A DNA stretch of 64,000 bases from Eukaryota sp. TZLM1-RC (taxonomy: Eukaryota > Protista > Metamonada: BaSk clade): assembly GCA_040285825.1 (NCBI GenBank), contig JAUPSS010000004.1, positions 930,001 through 994,000 of the forward strand. Direction: 5' to 3'. Below the pieces are notes generated by a model that had not been told where the DNA came from, did no database searches, and worked only from the letters and a program-made list of their open reading frames with translations. Within the stretch, counting starts at the first letter, position 1, and the number at the start of each line of letters is the position of its first letter. The translations under genes were made by a program, and so were the position numbers. Positions 24,889 to 38,859 of the stretch are shown one piece after another.

Positions 24889-25559
24889 TATGTTTGGTTA
24901 TGAAAGGTTTAGTTTTTTCAAATTGTTACCAATAAAATGCTACACAAAGGGTTATTTGAAAAACGATTGAATACATCATGTGTTCTTCAACTTGTGTGAC
25001 ATTTTCCTAGTGACAAGCCTTTTTGGTTATCTGATTGCTCCAACCTTCACAAACCCTCCAAAGGGAAATACTACAATGTTCTTTTTCCAAATTTCCAGTG
25101 TCAATACATTTGAATTCTTACAAAAATTACGAAAGCAAATTAATTAATGATGATTTGATTGAGAACAGCGTATTTTCACCTTCAAGACAAATCATCTTTC
25201 ACTTTCGATTTTGTTATATTTTTACCAACAAATGTTCTATGTATTGAACTTTCATACTTGTTGAATCTTCCCCAACATAATAGAGAACCTGACCTTTGAC
25301 ATTACGAAACTAGGAACTTCATATGAGCCTCAGTTAATCGTATCAAAACGATACTTTTACACTTGTAGCAATGGTGTATTGAATTTTCAACATTCAGCTG
25401 TGTACTTTAAGTTTTGTATTTAAATATTGGATTTTTCAATTTAATCTTCAACAATTTAAAAGCTCAATGAATAAATTTTGTTGATTTCTACAACTTGTAC
25501 ACTTAACAAAATCAACTCATCACTAATAGGACCAATTCATGGAACCAAGGTTTCCCCTA

Positions 25560-25950
25560 CAGAATCTTGATCTGCTGGCTGTCTAGCTAAAGCTTCTCTT
25601 ATTCGATTGAAAAACCGAGGTAATCTATTAATAATTGCAAATTGAATCCGAGAGCGCCATAAAAAATCTAATATTTTCATTGTTTTTTCTTGAACCATTG
25701 TTAAGAAAACACTCAAAAAAGTTCCTGCTTCTACTGATAATCTTCCATTTATAGAAAATGGGTAAGCAATAAAAACAAGATGTCTATATCTATCAGCATT
25801 AGCTTCTTCGATGTCTTTGTCATTTTTTCAATGTTTTTCCTTGGCCTTAAATTTAAGAGCACCTACAGGATTAAGTTTTCTTCTTTGAAGCAAAATGTCA
25901 TTTGCAACATTATATGGGACAAAGTCAACAATAGCTTCAGGATTTTCAAG
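25560..25950 (-). mobile_element. CRE-like family C 3' remnant
   Basis: Similar to 60440-60830. Confidence 0.85.
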
Positions 25951-27809
25951 TTGAAAGTTATACACATTGCAGTCAGTAAATGAAGGTTAACTTTGTTGAA
26001 TGACTCATAAAGTTGCTGTTCTGACAAACGGCAAGTCACCTATAAGATCATTCTCATCCATAGAAGGAATAAATTCCGAATGAAGGAAACATTGCTTGAA
26101 AATGTTGCTGGTTTAATCAATTCAAACAATTCCACTATAGCAGGGACAACTATATCCACAATACTCTCAAGAGGATACTCTCCATAAAACTTACATGTTC
26201 TGCGATCAATGTCACATCAATGAATATCACGTTGATACTCAGCCGTCTCCCCACAGCACCGTACTTGTAATATCGTCATCCACACAAGACATCGCCAACC
26301 AAGCCAAGCTGTTCGCTCTCCATTGCCACGCCACGTCCCCTCATTACTCACCGCAGTAGCTTATGTCCTCTCGCCTCCTCACCCCGTCCCACTCTACTCC
26401 TTTCTGATCCGATTATGTTGCTTCGTAGTAATGCCACGTCATGCCACGTCATAGGGTGATGATTACCGACATTGCTTCCACTCACACCTCTTTTGTGTTT
26501 TTAATTACTTTCACCATTAACTTTGTTTGCAACTTGTCTTCAGGTACACCTTTATAGTCCTCAGCAAACAGTGATTTCCTTAATTTCAGGTTTAGCTTTC
26601 AACCAAATTCTTTGTTTTCACTGAACGTGTAAGTTTCTTGCATCGACTGCTTCACGGCATTCTGGACAATTATTTTGTTTTGGTTAACAATAATCCATTT
26701 TTCAGATGACCGAAATCACCTTTACCATATTGTGTTTTCCCTTTCTCAATACGTTTGTTCTTATGGTGAGGACATTTTGGAAAGGAGACATTGGATCTGA
26801 CAGCGAGAGGGAAGATGGTGTGGGATTGAAAGGTCTTGTGTCTATGCAGGGTGGAACAACATTCATGGCAAATGGAGCATTCACAGTCAGTTCAGGGACT
26901 TCATCCAAAGCAAGGTTCGCAGAGAGGAGAGTGTTGAGAGGAGGCTTCGATGATGTCACGTAGAGTGATGTTGATACGATGGCACACTGAAAGAATCTCG
27001 TTGTGGAATTAGGTCGGCCGATCTAAGGGTTGTGGTTTTGATCCGACTTTGATCACAAAACATGTAAGTTTTAATTTAATAACTGTTTTTTTTAATTTGT
27101 ATTTCATTTTGTAGTTTTTTTTTTAATTTGTTTATATTTGAGAATTCCAGGTTTGTTTTCTAATTTTAGTTTTTGATATGCTCTCAAACTGTATCTATTG
27201 GTATGTTTGTTTTAATTAGTTCGTCATAAATGGCTTTTTCATCATCTTGTATTATCTTTTGTAGCACACATACTCCACTAATAAAGTTAACTGGTTCTAC
27301 AGTAAATAGCTTTTGACAATGTGTTGACATTTTTGCCATTCATTAAATGAATGTGTAAGCAACTGCTTTGCTGATTTTCCAAATTGCTCATGCTTCACAT
27401 CAAGAGGTCTTTAAATGAACACGAGGTAATGGACCACTGATTCTTATTTTGAAATAGATGAACCTGAGTACATAGCATTTCAGGCAGCAATTTATCAAAA
27501 ACACAGGCATATGAATACATTCGAAATTATTGTACAAAGATTTTGTTTGAAGCAACATGTCACTACGTGTTTTTTTGTCACAGATTACAACTCAAAAACA
27601 AATTAATGAATGTAGAGCAAGACATGGACAACCATTGTTTGAATGATCCATTTGTCAATTAAAATTCAAGTGAATATGAATCATTCTTTTAAATATTTAG
27701 ACGAATGAAAGGACAGAATGCATGATCTACTAAATATTGAGCTACATCAGTTTTTATCAACTAAATCAAAATGGTAACATCCTCTTACAAGATTCAAATA
27801 TTTTGCAGC

Positions 27810-27970
27810 ACCTGGGTTCACTAGAATCCATGGCTTATTCATACCATATCTTAGCTTGGTGAAAGTTGAGTACACGTTTACCAAATTTATAACAAATACC
27901 TAAATTTTCCTATGCTATATCCATCTGTATGTTCATAACCATTATTCTGTTCAATAATACTTGAGCCCAA
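27810..27970 (-). pseudogene. Heavily decayed Sel1-repeat C-terminal remnant
   Basis: Resembles the terminal Sel1 unit (aatttaggtatttgttat..tggtatgaataagcc..gctgca). Confidence 0.5.
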
Positions 27971-28039
27971 CAACGAATAAAGAATAACAAATACACAAAG
28001 TTCCAAACTCCACATCGCAACAGTTAATCACTAATGAAT

Positions 28040-28600
28040 CAAAAAGTTGTGTTAGGATCAGAAATTCACTTCACCATTCCCTCATAAAACTTGGAATTAC
28101 TCCAAAATGCTCAAAGAAAACTGAGACAGTTTCACCTCAACAACTGGGCAAAGAAAGATCAAAGGAAATTATTTCTATTCGAGAAATAATTTTATTGGCA
28201 GCAAAAACAGGCTTAGAAAATTTGTATTTTGCCCCAGCAAGAGGAGGATTATTGGGATCAACACTAACAAAATAAATATAAGAAGAGCTACAAGGTCCCA
28301 TTGATATGGCAACTGAAATTGCGAATTTCCATTTAAGCCAGAAACATCCAAACCACCACTTTTTAAAGCCGCAAAAAGCTATATCTAAAGGTTTCCTAAT
28401 TAATAATGGGGTTATCGTGGATCCATTTTCATTGCAGAGGCTCTGAAAATGAACTTACTCGATTTGATTTGCAAATGACTTAAATAAGGTTCCTGACATT
28501 ATTACGACCTTAAACAGTAGATGAAATACGATGCTTACAGTTCAAAAGATGAGTAAAAACAGTTTCCATTACATTAACATGTTGATCATTGAACTTTTGA
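28040..28600 (-). mobile_element. Decayed CRE-like family A endonuclease region
   Basis: FTHLLNCKH and nucleotide similarity to 6400-6990. Confidence 0.75.
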
Positions 28601-29007
28601 CAGGGAAAGCTTTCAAACATTATTTCCCTTGTTCCAATGTACTAATGCTTCTATTACCCTCCAAAATAATTATAAAACTCGTTACAACGATGTGAACTTT
28701 GAAATTCAACCAACTGTAGCTTTTTGTGACTCTTTCATCGAATAGGAGAAACAATGGAAACGAGTAGACCAGTGGAAGAAACCTGGTTACTAGAGTTTAG
28801 TCCCATTAGTTCTGTTTCACAAGATTTCTTCTACCTTGTTACTCTTAATGTTGAACATGTCGAATGATAGCATTGGTTGATGGAATATAAAATGACATTA
28901 GCGTTTTGTTGGAACAATTTGAGGTGAAATAGAGCTTCTCACAACCATCTTCTTTCCTCAGGCACCTTCTGTTGCCCTGTTGCTTCCCCTTGGCAATTTC
29001 ATGAGCC

Positions 29008-30440
29008 ATGGATCTCACCTCTGATGAAGAACACACTTTACAATCTTTCCTTCATTCTGCCCAAAATAACTATTCGATGTTTTCTCTTTCCTGCTTAACT
29101 TCTCATTCTTCCATGAAACACACCACAAATGAAATCATTGACAAAGCTAAGGTCAGCTTGGATGTCCCAATATCCGATCGATCGGAACGAATGGTGGGAG
29201 CGAAGTCCATTTCCAGCAGTTTTGCACATACAGTTCTTCTCACTCATTCTGGTGAGGTTTATGGTTGGGGGGATTTGGGCTAAGTGCAGTGTAATGGACC
29301 AGACGCAATCAAAATTCCAATCAAGATACCTTTAAGCTACATTGTTTCCATTTCAGCTGATTATCACCACTCACTTGCTCTCTCTGCTGAGGGAAATTTG
29401 TTTGGTTGAGATTGCAATCAACATCAACAAGTTTCTATGTCAAATAGCATCTCCCTACCAATTACACTAATAGAAATTACTCATACCATTAAGGAAGTTT
29501 ATGGTGCCGAGCATTGGTCATTTATTGCAATTGATGTTTAACATTCAGGTAACATTTTTCTTGAAAATCGAATGTCTATGATTGAAATAACACAATATCT
29601 TGTTTTTTTAAGAACGCAATTAGCAGGTCACGATTCTTTTTTCCGAGGTAATCAAGAAAATGAGGATTTAATATTTGTGATTTATTTTAAAGGTAGTGTA
29701 TGGAAATTCTTTTAGAGGGGAATTCCTTTAATAATATACCCACCAAAGTCCAAGGTTTAACCAATATTGATACCATTAGTGGAAGCAATGGTAGTTATGC
29801 TGCCATTGATGTTAATGGGAAAGTTTTTGTGTGGGGTAAGTTGGCTATTTGACTGTGATTTCTATGAAAATTGTAAACAGCCTGTTTGTATTGCAGCTCT
29901 TAGCAAAATTCAACACTTTTCAGTAGGTCATAACTTCCTTTTTGCCTACAACAAAAACACTATTTGGGTTTCAGCATGATACTATGTAGGTCAATTAGGT
30001 ACAGGTGATTTGATTGATCGACCACGACCTGTCAATGTATTTGGATCTGAAATATTTGGTGCTTTTCACCATCCAAAACAACCTTTGGATAGCATGTTTA
30101 GTGGTCTTGTTAAGCTTGTTTATTGGGAATATTTAACTTATTTGCTCTTAAATGGTAATTTTCCATATGTTAGGGCAAAATTTTCCACCAAATGTGGTAT
30201 TAGTAAAAGGCTAGATCAATTTGCTCAAGAACTTTTTAATGTTCATCCAATTCAAAAGAAGTTGTTTTTAGAAGATCCTCAAGACTTAAATTTAAATGAA
30301 AATATTTGTGATTTAAAATTTCATATATCTGCTGATTATATTGGTCCCAAAGTAATTAATACTAGAATTAAAAAAATTGATGTACTATGATGAAGTTGAT
30401 TATGATCCACAATTATTTTCATTTTTCCCAAATGTTGAGT
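29008..30440 (+). pseudogene. RCC1/BLIP-II repeat protein pseudogene
   Basis: HTVLLTHSGEVYGWG, HSLALSAEG.LFG, GQLGTGD; multiple stops and frameshifts. Confidence 0.8.
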
Positions 30441-30690
30441 TTTCCAGTTTTGTGGACGCTCTAACATATCTAGAGTCGCCACCTAGCTTAACAACCTCAA
30501 CATTTGGGAAAAATGATAATAATTGTGGATCATAATCAACTTCATCATAGTAAACATCAAGTTTTTTAATTCTAGTATTAATTACTTTGAGGCCAATATA
30601 ATCAGCAGATATTTGAAATTTTAAATCACAAATACTTTCATTTAAATTTAAATCTTGAGGATCTTTTAAAAACAACTTATTTTGAATTGT
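30249..30690. repeat. Diverged inverted repeat, ~190-bp arms with ~55-bp spacer
   Basis: 30249-30440 is approximately the reverse complement of 30495-30690; both strands encode DPQDLNLNE.ICDLKF. Confidence 0.9.
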
Positions 30691-33421
30691 ATGATCATTG
30701 AATAAGTCTTTTCATTCTTAATATATCACACCTTTCTTGAAATCCTTCTCATGACTATCCTTCTTCCCCGTCATGCTATATATTCACACTATAGATACAT
30801 TAAAATAAAGATAGGTTAAGTCTCATCACATTTTCAATTGAAATCTCAGGGCCAGTATTAAACATTCCGCTTATATCTCATCTGAAAGCACATTCTGGCG
30901 AAGGAAAAAGCTGTCTTTCAGTGATACAACATGACTGTTCAAATAAAGATGAAGAATTGGTTAGACATTGATTCGTTCTGAAGCAAATCTGTTTTGTATA
31001 ATAAATAGATTATAATTCTGTTTATTTCACAATACTCAGGTTTTTTTTGGTGTTAAATGATATCGTATTTGATCCTGGTGGCGACACTGGTCTTGTATCT
31101 GAATGACTGGACCAAGTACATTTCATATAGTTTTTTTCGTTCATTAGTCAGATATCAGTAACGATTACACGTGGAAGTCCCATTGTAATGAGTGGCTGAG
31201 TGCACTTTATTTGATGATGATTTAAGTGTTAAATTGAATCACATTGGCGAAAACCTCACCTTGTTTGATCATAGGAACATTATCATAAACAAATTATTAT
31301 TGAACAAATCAGTTTAACTGAAATACAGTCTTTTCTAGAACCAAGCAAAAGCAGCTTCGCACAGTAAGAATTGGTTATGAGTGTGTAGGATTTTGGTTTG
31401 GGACTTCAATTCTGACAAATTTGAAAGAGCCATCTTGACTCAACTCAGCTCATGTTTGCTAAACGATAAGCTTGATGGACAGCCCATTTCTGAGTACACC
31501 ATGTGAACGTCGAGTTGAAGCTAATAGAAAAAAAGAGCAACAATTGAAATGCAGCTTAACTGAATGTTCTGTTCACAATAAGCATGAAATTCATGTGTCT
31601 TTTTGATTTCAGACTCATTGACTCCTCATTTGGTATGTAAGAAGTCCCTCAAATAAACTCTCATGAAGAAGTGGGGTTGAAATTCTTTTGATATGCTCTC
31701 ACACTGTATCTATTGGTATGTTTGTTTCAATTAGTTCGTCATAAATGGCCTTTTTATCATCTTGTATTATCTTATGTAGCACAAATACTCCACTAATAAG
31801 GTTAACTGGTTCTACAGCAAATAGCTTTTGACATTGTTTTGACATTTTTGATTTGGTCTGCATCGAATGAATGTACATATCTCTGTTAAACTTTGGTTTC
31901 CTTATTGAATGGGATCTAACCCCACAAGAGCATCCTTTGCATATAGTTTTCATCAATACTTTCTGATGGACCATTGTTATGATTCTTTTGTTTTTCTTAA
32001 AAGAGGGGACATCTGTTTTTTCATTCCACATCAATGCCAGAAGTAAATGACTTGGTTCCACGTCATCAAAATACATTATTGCTTATTCTTTGTTTGACAC
32101 CAATGGTGTCCAGGTTTTGTAATTCAGTTAGAGGTGTTTTGTTCATCTAGGTGTTGGTGTTATCTTTATTGGTGAATTTTTCGGATGTTTTTGGTGCCTC
32201 CGTACTGGTATGTTAGGACATTCAATTATATTTGTCACTTCAATTCGCACTGCAAATTTTCTTTTTTACAACCTTTGTAGTGTGTTAGGGGTTCTACAAT
32301 CGAATGGTTTTTTCTAGAGAATCTTTTAGTTCAATTACATTCAATCTTCTTCTAAACACTATAATATAATCTATTATTGTTTATGGCCTTATTTAGTGTC
32401 TTTCTTTGATAAACACCTGTTTAAAATGAATAAATTTAAAGACAACTTGTTCAATGACACCATATTCCTATAAATAATAAGTACAAATAACAGACTTTTT
32501 GACAGAAAATTTGTTAGTAGCAGAATAAAAATAACCAAGAACAGAAACTACAAGCCACTAAACAACATCTATTACTGAAAAAGGAAGAAACACTGATGAA
32601 ATAAACCAATATATGAATTATTCAAAGCAACCCACTTGTTCTGTCACATTGTGCTTGTTGAGAAGCAGTAATCCTCCATCAGTTGTAACAAACAATTATT
32701 CAACAAATAAAATCACCAGCTATGATGTTACTCATTGAAAAAAGAATAAAGCTAAAACTGTTGCTTGGAATGTTGGATAGAAGATATTTACCATGTTTTG
32801 AAAACAAATTTTCAAAAAACACCCTCTTCTAAGTTTAATGCATTAAAATTTAAAAAAAATTCCAACAATTGTAGACAATCTTAAGTTATGTCCTAACAGT
32901 ACTGATTCCTATTTCTGTTTTAGAATTTTGTCATAATGATATCACCATTGTTTAATTGATTATTATGTTACATTGCATTGGTTGACCTCTTTTTATTGTA
33001 CATATCTGGTATTTTGCATAATCCAAAAAACAAAACGAGAACAGTTAAAAAAAGAACAGTTTTACACATGAAAAGCATAACATGTATTCTTTCAGGGATT
33101 TGTTGCAGTAATTTTAGTAACCCTTAAATTTAATAGTTTACATTAAAGTTAAAGTGTCGGAAATATACAATAAAATAACACAATTTTTGAACCAATTGCT
33201 AATCAAAAATTCTAATTTCAATTTGAGAATTATGAAAGTTTAAATATTAGCTGTCAAATAGAAAAGGTCTTTATTGAAATGACCTAAACCTTACATTCAA
33301 GAACAAAAAGTTTGATGTCAAGAACTTAAAAAAACAAATTTAAAACCAAAACATTGCTTTTTGAATTAAATTTTTGTTGGAATTTTCCAGGCAAATGTTG
33401 CAAAGTCCACAACATTGAATC
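30442..33421 (+). repeat. Segmental duplication copy 2, with the empty retrotransposon site at 33349-33362
   Basis: Single aaacattgcttttt joining flanks that are separated in copy 1. Confidence 0.95.
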
Positions 33422-34134
33422 GTAGCTGAAAAGAAATTATTAATTTCACCAAAAGTAAGTTGATTACATTTAGGGTATACTACTTGAAAAAAATGTGCAT
33501 TTCAAATTGATTGAAAAGTTCTAAAACAAGGTGTTGAATTTTGGTCGGTGGCAAAATGAAATGGTTATTCAGATGAATATTTTTTTAAGAATATTTTCTG
33601 TTGTTGTCAGTCTTGTTTCTCACAGTGGACAATAAAATAAGTATTTTGCTTTAGTTTTATATTTTGTTTATTAATTAAACAAGTCATATCTTTTACTTAA
33701 TTATTCGAGCTTTGGTTTTCCATATTTTCTTTCCCATTAAAAATAATTTTTTGGCTCACCCAGCTATAATTTTATTTGTTTATTTTTGTTATGACAATAA
33801 TAATATTTATTTCTATCAGCTAAACCCAAAACCACAACAATAACCATGAAAGCAAGTATAAAGATTAAGATTATTTATAGTAATTTTGATGAAAATGATG
33901 ATAATGAAAATGAAGCTTTTTACAATTATTAGTTCAAGAAATTGTTGCTCGCTTTTCAATTGTTGATTCATATCGAAATAATGGGCTTCTTTTAAATGCA
34001 ATTAAATGCCTTCTAAATGGTCCAAAATAAATAAACTTGAGCATAAAGTATAACTTGAGTTACCTCTTGCGATGCCTGAATACGACGTCCACACAAATGT
34101 TTATATTCTTTAAAATATACATTCTTAAACATTT

Positions 34135-34870
34135 GCTTTATTGAACTTGCACACTTAATATAATTAATTCATAACTAATGAGACGAAATTCATTGACCCA
34201 AGATTTTCTCTACATGATCTTCATCTGCTTGCTGTCTAGCTAAAGCTTCTCTGATTTGATTGAAAAAACGAGGTAAGCTATTAAAAATGGCAAATTGAAT
34301 CCGAGAGCGCCATAACAAATACCAAATACTTTCATTGTTTTTTCTTGAACCATTGTTTGGAAGTCATTCAAAAAAGTTTCTGCTTCTACTGATAGTTTTC
34401 CGTTTATCGAAAATAAAAAAAAATAAAAAATATGGTGGTCTATCTCTATCAGCATTACCTTCTTCGATATCTTTGTCGTATTTTCTACGTTTTTCTTTAG
34501 CTTTAAATTCAAGAGCACCTACAGGATTAAGTTTTCTTCTGTGTACCAAAATGTCGCTTTCAACATTACATGAGACAAAGTCAACAACAGTTTCAGAGTT
34601 CTCAATCCAATCACAGTATACATCACCTCTATCATCAGAACCAAAATTATTCAGAGACATTTCCTTCAGCAGAGGCTCTTTGATACACGAAATTCGTGCA
34701 GTTTGTGCCATATTAAAAACAGTGTCTCTAACAGCATCATGTAATAAAGAACGATAAGTTACAAATGCTTCATTAGTAGCAAACAGTCCAAATCTTCGTG
34801 TTACAATGGTTACAAACAGTGAAGAATCTGATGACTGGTTTTCACAAACACCCTTTTCCAATAACAATGA
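34135..34870 (-). mobile_element. CRE-like family C 3' fragment with an internal deletion
   Basis: LLEKGVCEN..SLLHDAVRD..DRGDVYCDW. Confidence 0.9.
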
Positions 34871-35059
34871 AACATAACATAACATAATAACATTCTCAAA
34901 CATAAAATAAATAACTTTTTCTAAAATTTATTCGTTTAGAAAAAGTCAGATACTTGTTATTATATTTTTTGTTTCATCGAATAAGTAAACCAATGGAAAT
35001 AAAAAAAGAAGACCAGGTTAACTTTGAGAAAATCATCGTTAACTGAGTTTCGCTCCATG

Positions 35060-35727
35060 ATAAACACTACAAAGAAGCAGTTTTATGGTGGCAAAGAGCA
35101 GCTGATGCTGGTAATAGTGTTGCTATATTCATTTTAGGTTGTTGTTATAGAGATGGACAAGGTGTTGTCCAAGACCATCACCAAGCTTTTTATTGGTTTA
35201 AAAGAGCCACTGATTCTGGTCATGCTGGTGCTATGAATAGATTAGGTAATTGATATCACCATGGTCATGGTGTAGAAAAGGTTCACCAACAAGCCTTTTA
35301 TTGGTTTAGCAAGGCAGCTGAAGCTGATAATAGTAGAGCTATGTTTAATTTAGGTGTTTGTTATAGAGATGGCAAAGGTATTGATCAAGACCATCAACAG
35401 GCTTTTTATTGGTTCAAAAAAGGTACTGATGCTGGTTATGCTAGTGCAATGAATAATTTAGGTCAATGTTATTTCAATGGTCGTGGTGTTAAACAAAACT
35501 ATTCTCAAGTACTGTTTTATTGTCAAAAAGCTGCTGAGTTGGGTAATAAGTATGGAATGTTCAATTTTGGTTTTTGTTATGAACACGTCAGAGGTGTATC
35601 TAAAGACCTTCGCCAAGTTATTAAATGGTACGAAAAGGCCAAGCAGTCTGCTTTTTCCAAAGCTGCTGAAAGGGTAGAACGTTGTAAAAGAAAACTTGCC
35701 AGACGATCAAGAAGTAGAAGATTATAA
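35060..35727 (+). pseudogene. Sel1-repeat gene 3' fragment with an in-frame stop near 35251
   Basis: Homologous to 24030-24888; no kinase domain upstream. Confidence 0.85.
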
Positions 35728-35914
35728 AGTACTGTGGTCTATTCAATAAATAATTTTGTTTATTAATGTTACTTTTATTTATTTTCAGTTTTAGTCAAAT
35801 ATTGTTCAAATTGGAATGAGGATTGATTAGCATATGTTAATGTACTCGGAAAAATTCAATTACTCTTTTGTCAAGTTGCAAACATTATATTACTTTATTT
35901 CAAGCCATTTTCTT

Positions 35915-36295
35915 TTTCATTTGGAGTTTTGCGGTAAAAAGCTTCGACAAAAATTGTCAAAAAATTTTGAAAGCTCGGAATTTGATGTTAGACTCTGCTT
36001 AGCCAAGAAAAAGAATCCCGCTTTTGCAAATCTTTTACAAGATATGTGTGATAGTACATCTTCTGCCTTAGTAACAAGAATTGCTCAAGTTTATGGCACT
36101 CTCTTAACTGATTCTGCCTAGACTTTGAATATGAGATTTCGTTCCTTTTTTAGCCTGATAATTTACCTCATAATTTAATTTGTAAATGTTCTGGAAAAAT
36201 TATATTTACTCAATTGTTAAATTGTAAACATTTTATTTCTTTTAGAAGCAAGGTTCACGATGCTGTAAGAGACCAGTTATTCTATGTGCAAGTTT
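35915..36295 (+). mobile_element. Internal fragment of a CRE-like family A element
   Basis: Close match to 56405-56775. Confidence 0.9.
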
Positions 36296-37292
36296 TGTAC
36301 AATTGAATGCTGAAAGGTTAAAAGATTGTAAAATAAGCTTGATAGAAGCTCTGGTAAAAGTTTCAACAAAAAAATTGGACTATTTTTAAACTAATTCAAA
36401 ATGAATAGGCCATATTTTTTGTTGAGAATTGTTAATGTTTGAATGAAAACTTTCAAAAGGAAACAATCATCATAAAGATTGTCTTAAGATGTACATTGAG
36501 AATCAAATTTTCCAAGTTTAAAAGGTCTAAAAAATAAACAAATCCACACACAATTTTGCTATTCAAAATCAATCACTGAGTATTTTGGGATAACATATCC
36601 AACTTCGAAAAAAGTGAATGATATTATACAAGACATCATCCTTTTTTCACCCAAAGAAAGTTGACTTAAAACGAAAATGTACTTAGTACAATGGCTGACT
36701 TCCCTAATTGATCAAAAACTTAAACACAACCTGTTGAAGTTAGGTTTGTCTATTGGCAAAATATGATACATCATTAGTAATTAACTGTTTTGGGAGACAA
36801 ATTCTGTTCCTTTTACTCACAATGGTCATTAAAATCCCCCCTATTGTTGTAGTGATGTTCTCTTTTCAATTTATAAAAGCATTTATCTATTTTTTTATCA
36901 GTGCAGTTTTGATTTCATAACATAATACATAATTTCTCATTTGCAGGTTTTAGTAGAAATTATTATAATTTCTACAAGTCTCTTTGGAATCAGTAATGAA
37001 AATTTTTGATAAAAATTTGGATGATGGCTTTGAAAATGTTAGCAGATCCACTCAATAGAGCAATTGTTTTCAACTTAATTTTCAACACTGTAGTTCTTCA
37101 TTATTTACATTGGACATCGCTTGCTGCATCATTCTCTCGTATAGTTTGTTAGTCATAGTCTCTCATATTACTGGAACAGTATTTCATCCATTGTTTATCA
37201 TTAAAAGATAACAACTATCAATTGAGCATCAGCCTAATGAACCAAAGCAAAACAATCAACATTCAAATCATATTTATTGAAAAAACCAAACC

Positions 37293-38303
37293 CTAATCCT
37301 TCTTTTCTTGATCCTTCTTCAACTCAAAACCAATCAAATACTTGAATTGACCAAGACAAAGTGCTACAATCAAACATACAGGAACTACACAAATATAAAT
37401 ATAAAGCAAAACTGGCTGTCCGTGATTATAAATCAACATCACCGAAATGGCCATCACACAAGCACAAGCATAGGCAAAAAGAGAGGAAAAGTAAATAAAT
37501 TGCTTTTTTCCTTGAATAGATTCAAATCTAGACAACAACCGTAAGTACAATGCAGGAACCAGAATATCACCATTTCCTAACAAAGAGAACCTATCAGCCC
37601 CCTCTACCCCACTAAAATACGACAGGGGGTATCGTGGGAAGGTTAGCTTAATGGGAAGGTCAAGGTTAGTAGCAACAGAGATCATTATTGGGGTTTTAAA
37701 AACAAAGAAGATATCATAGAGGAACAAGCCGGTTAGTAGAGTAAAACCAGTTTTGAAAGACCCAACTGTAAGCTGCCGGGAAGCAACAATGCAGAAAAGG
37801 AAGGAGAAGAGATTGTTTAACATCCAGTGCTTAGTGGTGATGTAGAAGTAACCAAGAACAGAAGCCGGAACTAACCCAATCACCAAGGCCCAAGAGAAGG
37901 GGAATTCTTCGTGAATGAAGAGAAACTTAATGACCACCTGTCTAGAGGAGAATAGGCGAGGAAGACGGTGAGAGAGGAGCTTGGAGGTGATACGGACCAT
38001 TTCAGAAGAAAGAGCTATGCATGAGATGATGAGGAAGTAAGCAGTCAGGACCCTGTTTACCCATATTTTAGAGCAAAACTTGATGACCAGGAACAGGGTG
38101 ACGAGAGCCGCACCAGCTACGAATGGAAACTTTGCAGCGTCTTTAACAGTCAAGTGCTCAGTGCTGGTCTCTTCTTTTGTGTTTTTTGATGTAAAACTAC
38201 ATAAAAACGTGGTAAATACGGCTGACAGGATAATGACAGCGAATGAGACATGTTCCTCTGTTATGGTATAGTTGAAGACATTTAGAAGCTGCAAAGGTTC
38301 CAT
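37293..38303 (-). CDS. SPP: Signal peptide peptidase (peptidase A22B, presenilin-like)
   Basis: Multi-TM protein with LFLYDIFFVF (YD), LLGNGD (GxGD) and GQPVLLY (PAL motif); lysine-rich C-terminus; single open ORF. Confidence 0.92.
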   Translation of the reverse strand: MEPLQLLNVFNYTITEEHVSFAVIILSAVFTTFLCSFTSKNTKEETSTEHLTVKDAAKFPFVAGAALVTLFLVIKFCSKIWVNRVLTAYFLIISCIALSSEMVRITSKLLSHRLPRLFSSRQVVIKFLFIHEEFPFSWALVIGLVPASVLGYFYITTKHWMLNNLFSFLFCIVASRQLTVGSFKTGFTLLTGLFLYDIFFVFKTPIMISVATNLDLPIKLTFPRYPLSYFSGVEGADRFSLLGNGDILVPALYLRLLSRFESIQGKKQFIYFSSLFAYACACVMAISVMLIYNHGQPVLLYIYICVVPVCLIVALCLGQFKYLIGFELKKDQEKKD

Positions 38304-38859
38304 TGAAAAGTGTTGATGCTAACTTTATCTTTTTCAATTTATCTTTTTTTCTATTTTTTCCCTTGATTTCAACTCTGATGATCATTATTTTCACTAGTGA
38401 GAAAGTCAAAAAGCGACAAAGCAATTATAATGATTGTATATACACAGTGGAAAATCATCCATTAAATTAGAAAAAACCTCCAATTTCAGAAATTCCAAAG
38501 ATGTAAAATTCTCATAATGATTGTTAAATTCAAGGCTCGTGTCATAGTTTTGTGGATGCACAAAGGTCAGTAAAATGAACAAGATTTGACACACAAAAAT
38601 CTTGTGTCTACCACTAATGATAGTTTTACGTATTCAATTCAATTTACAAGGAAGAATTTCTATTAGGGGAAATTGTGACAACACCGCTTATTTTCCAAGT
38701 CCCTGCAATCATAAAATGTGATACTTCTGGAGAAAAGTTGTGAGCAATTAAAAACCAAAGACTTCTGAACAAATTCGCTAGTACTTATCCAACAATTAGA
38801 AAGTTTTATTTCAGTGAGCAAGTGTGAAATTCTAAATACCTTTTATCAAGATTAAATGT

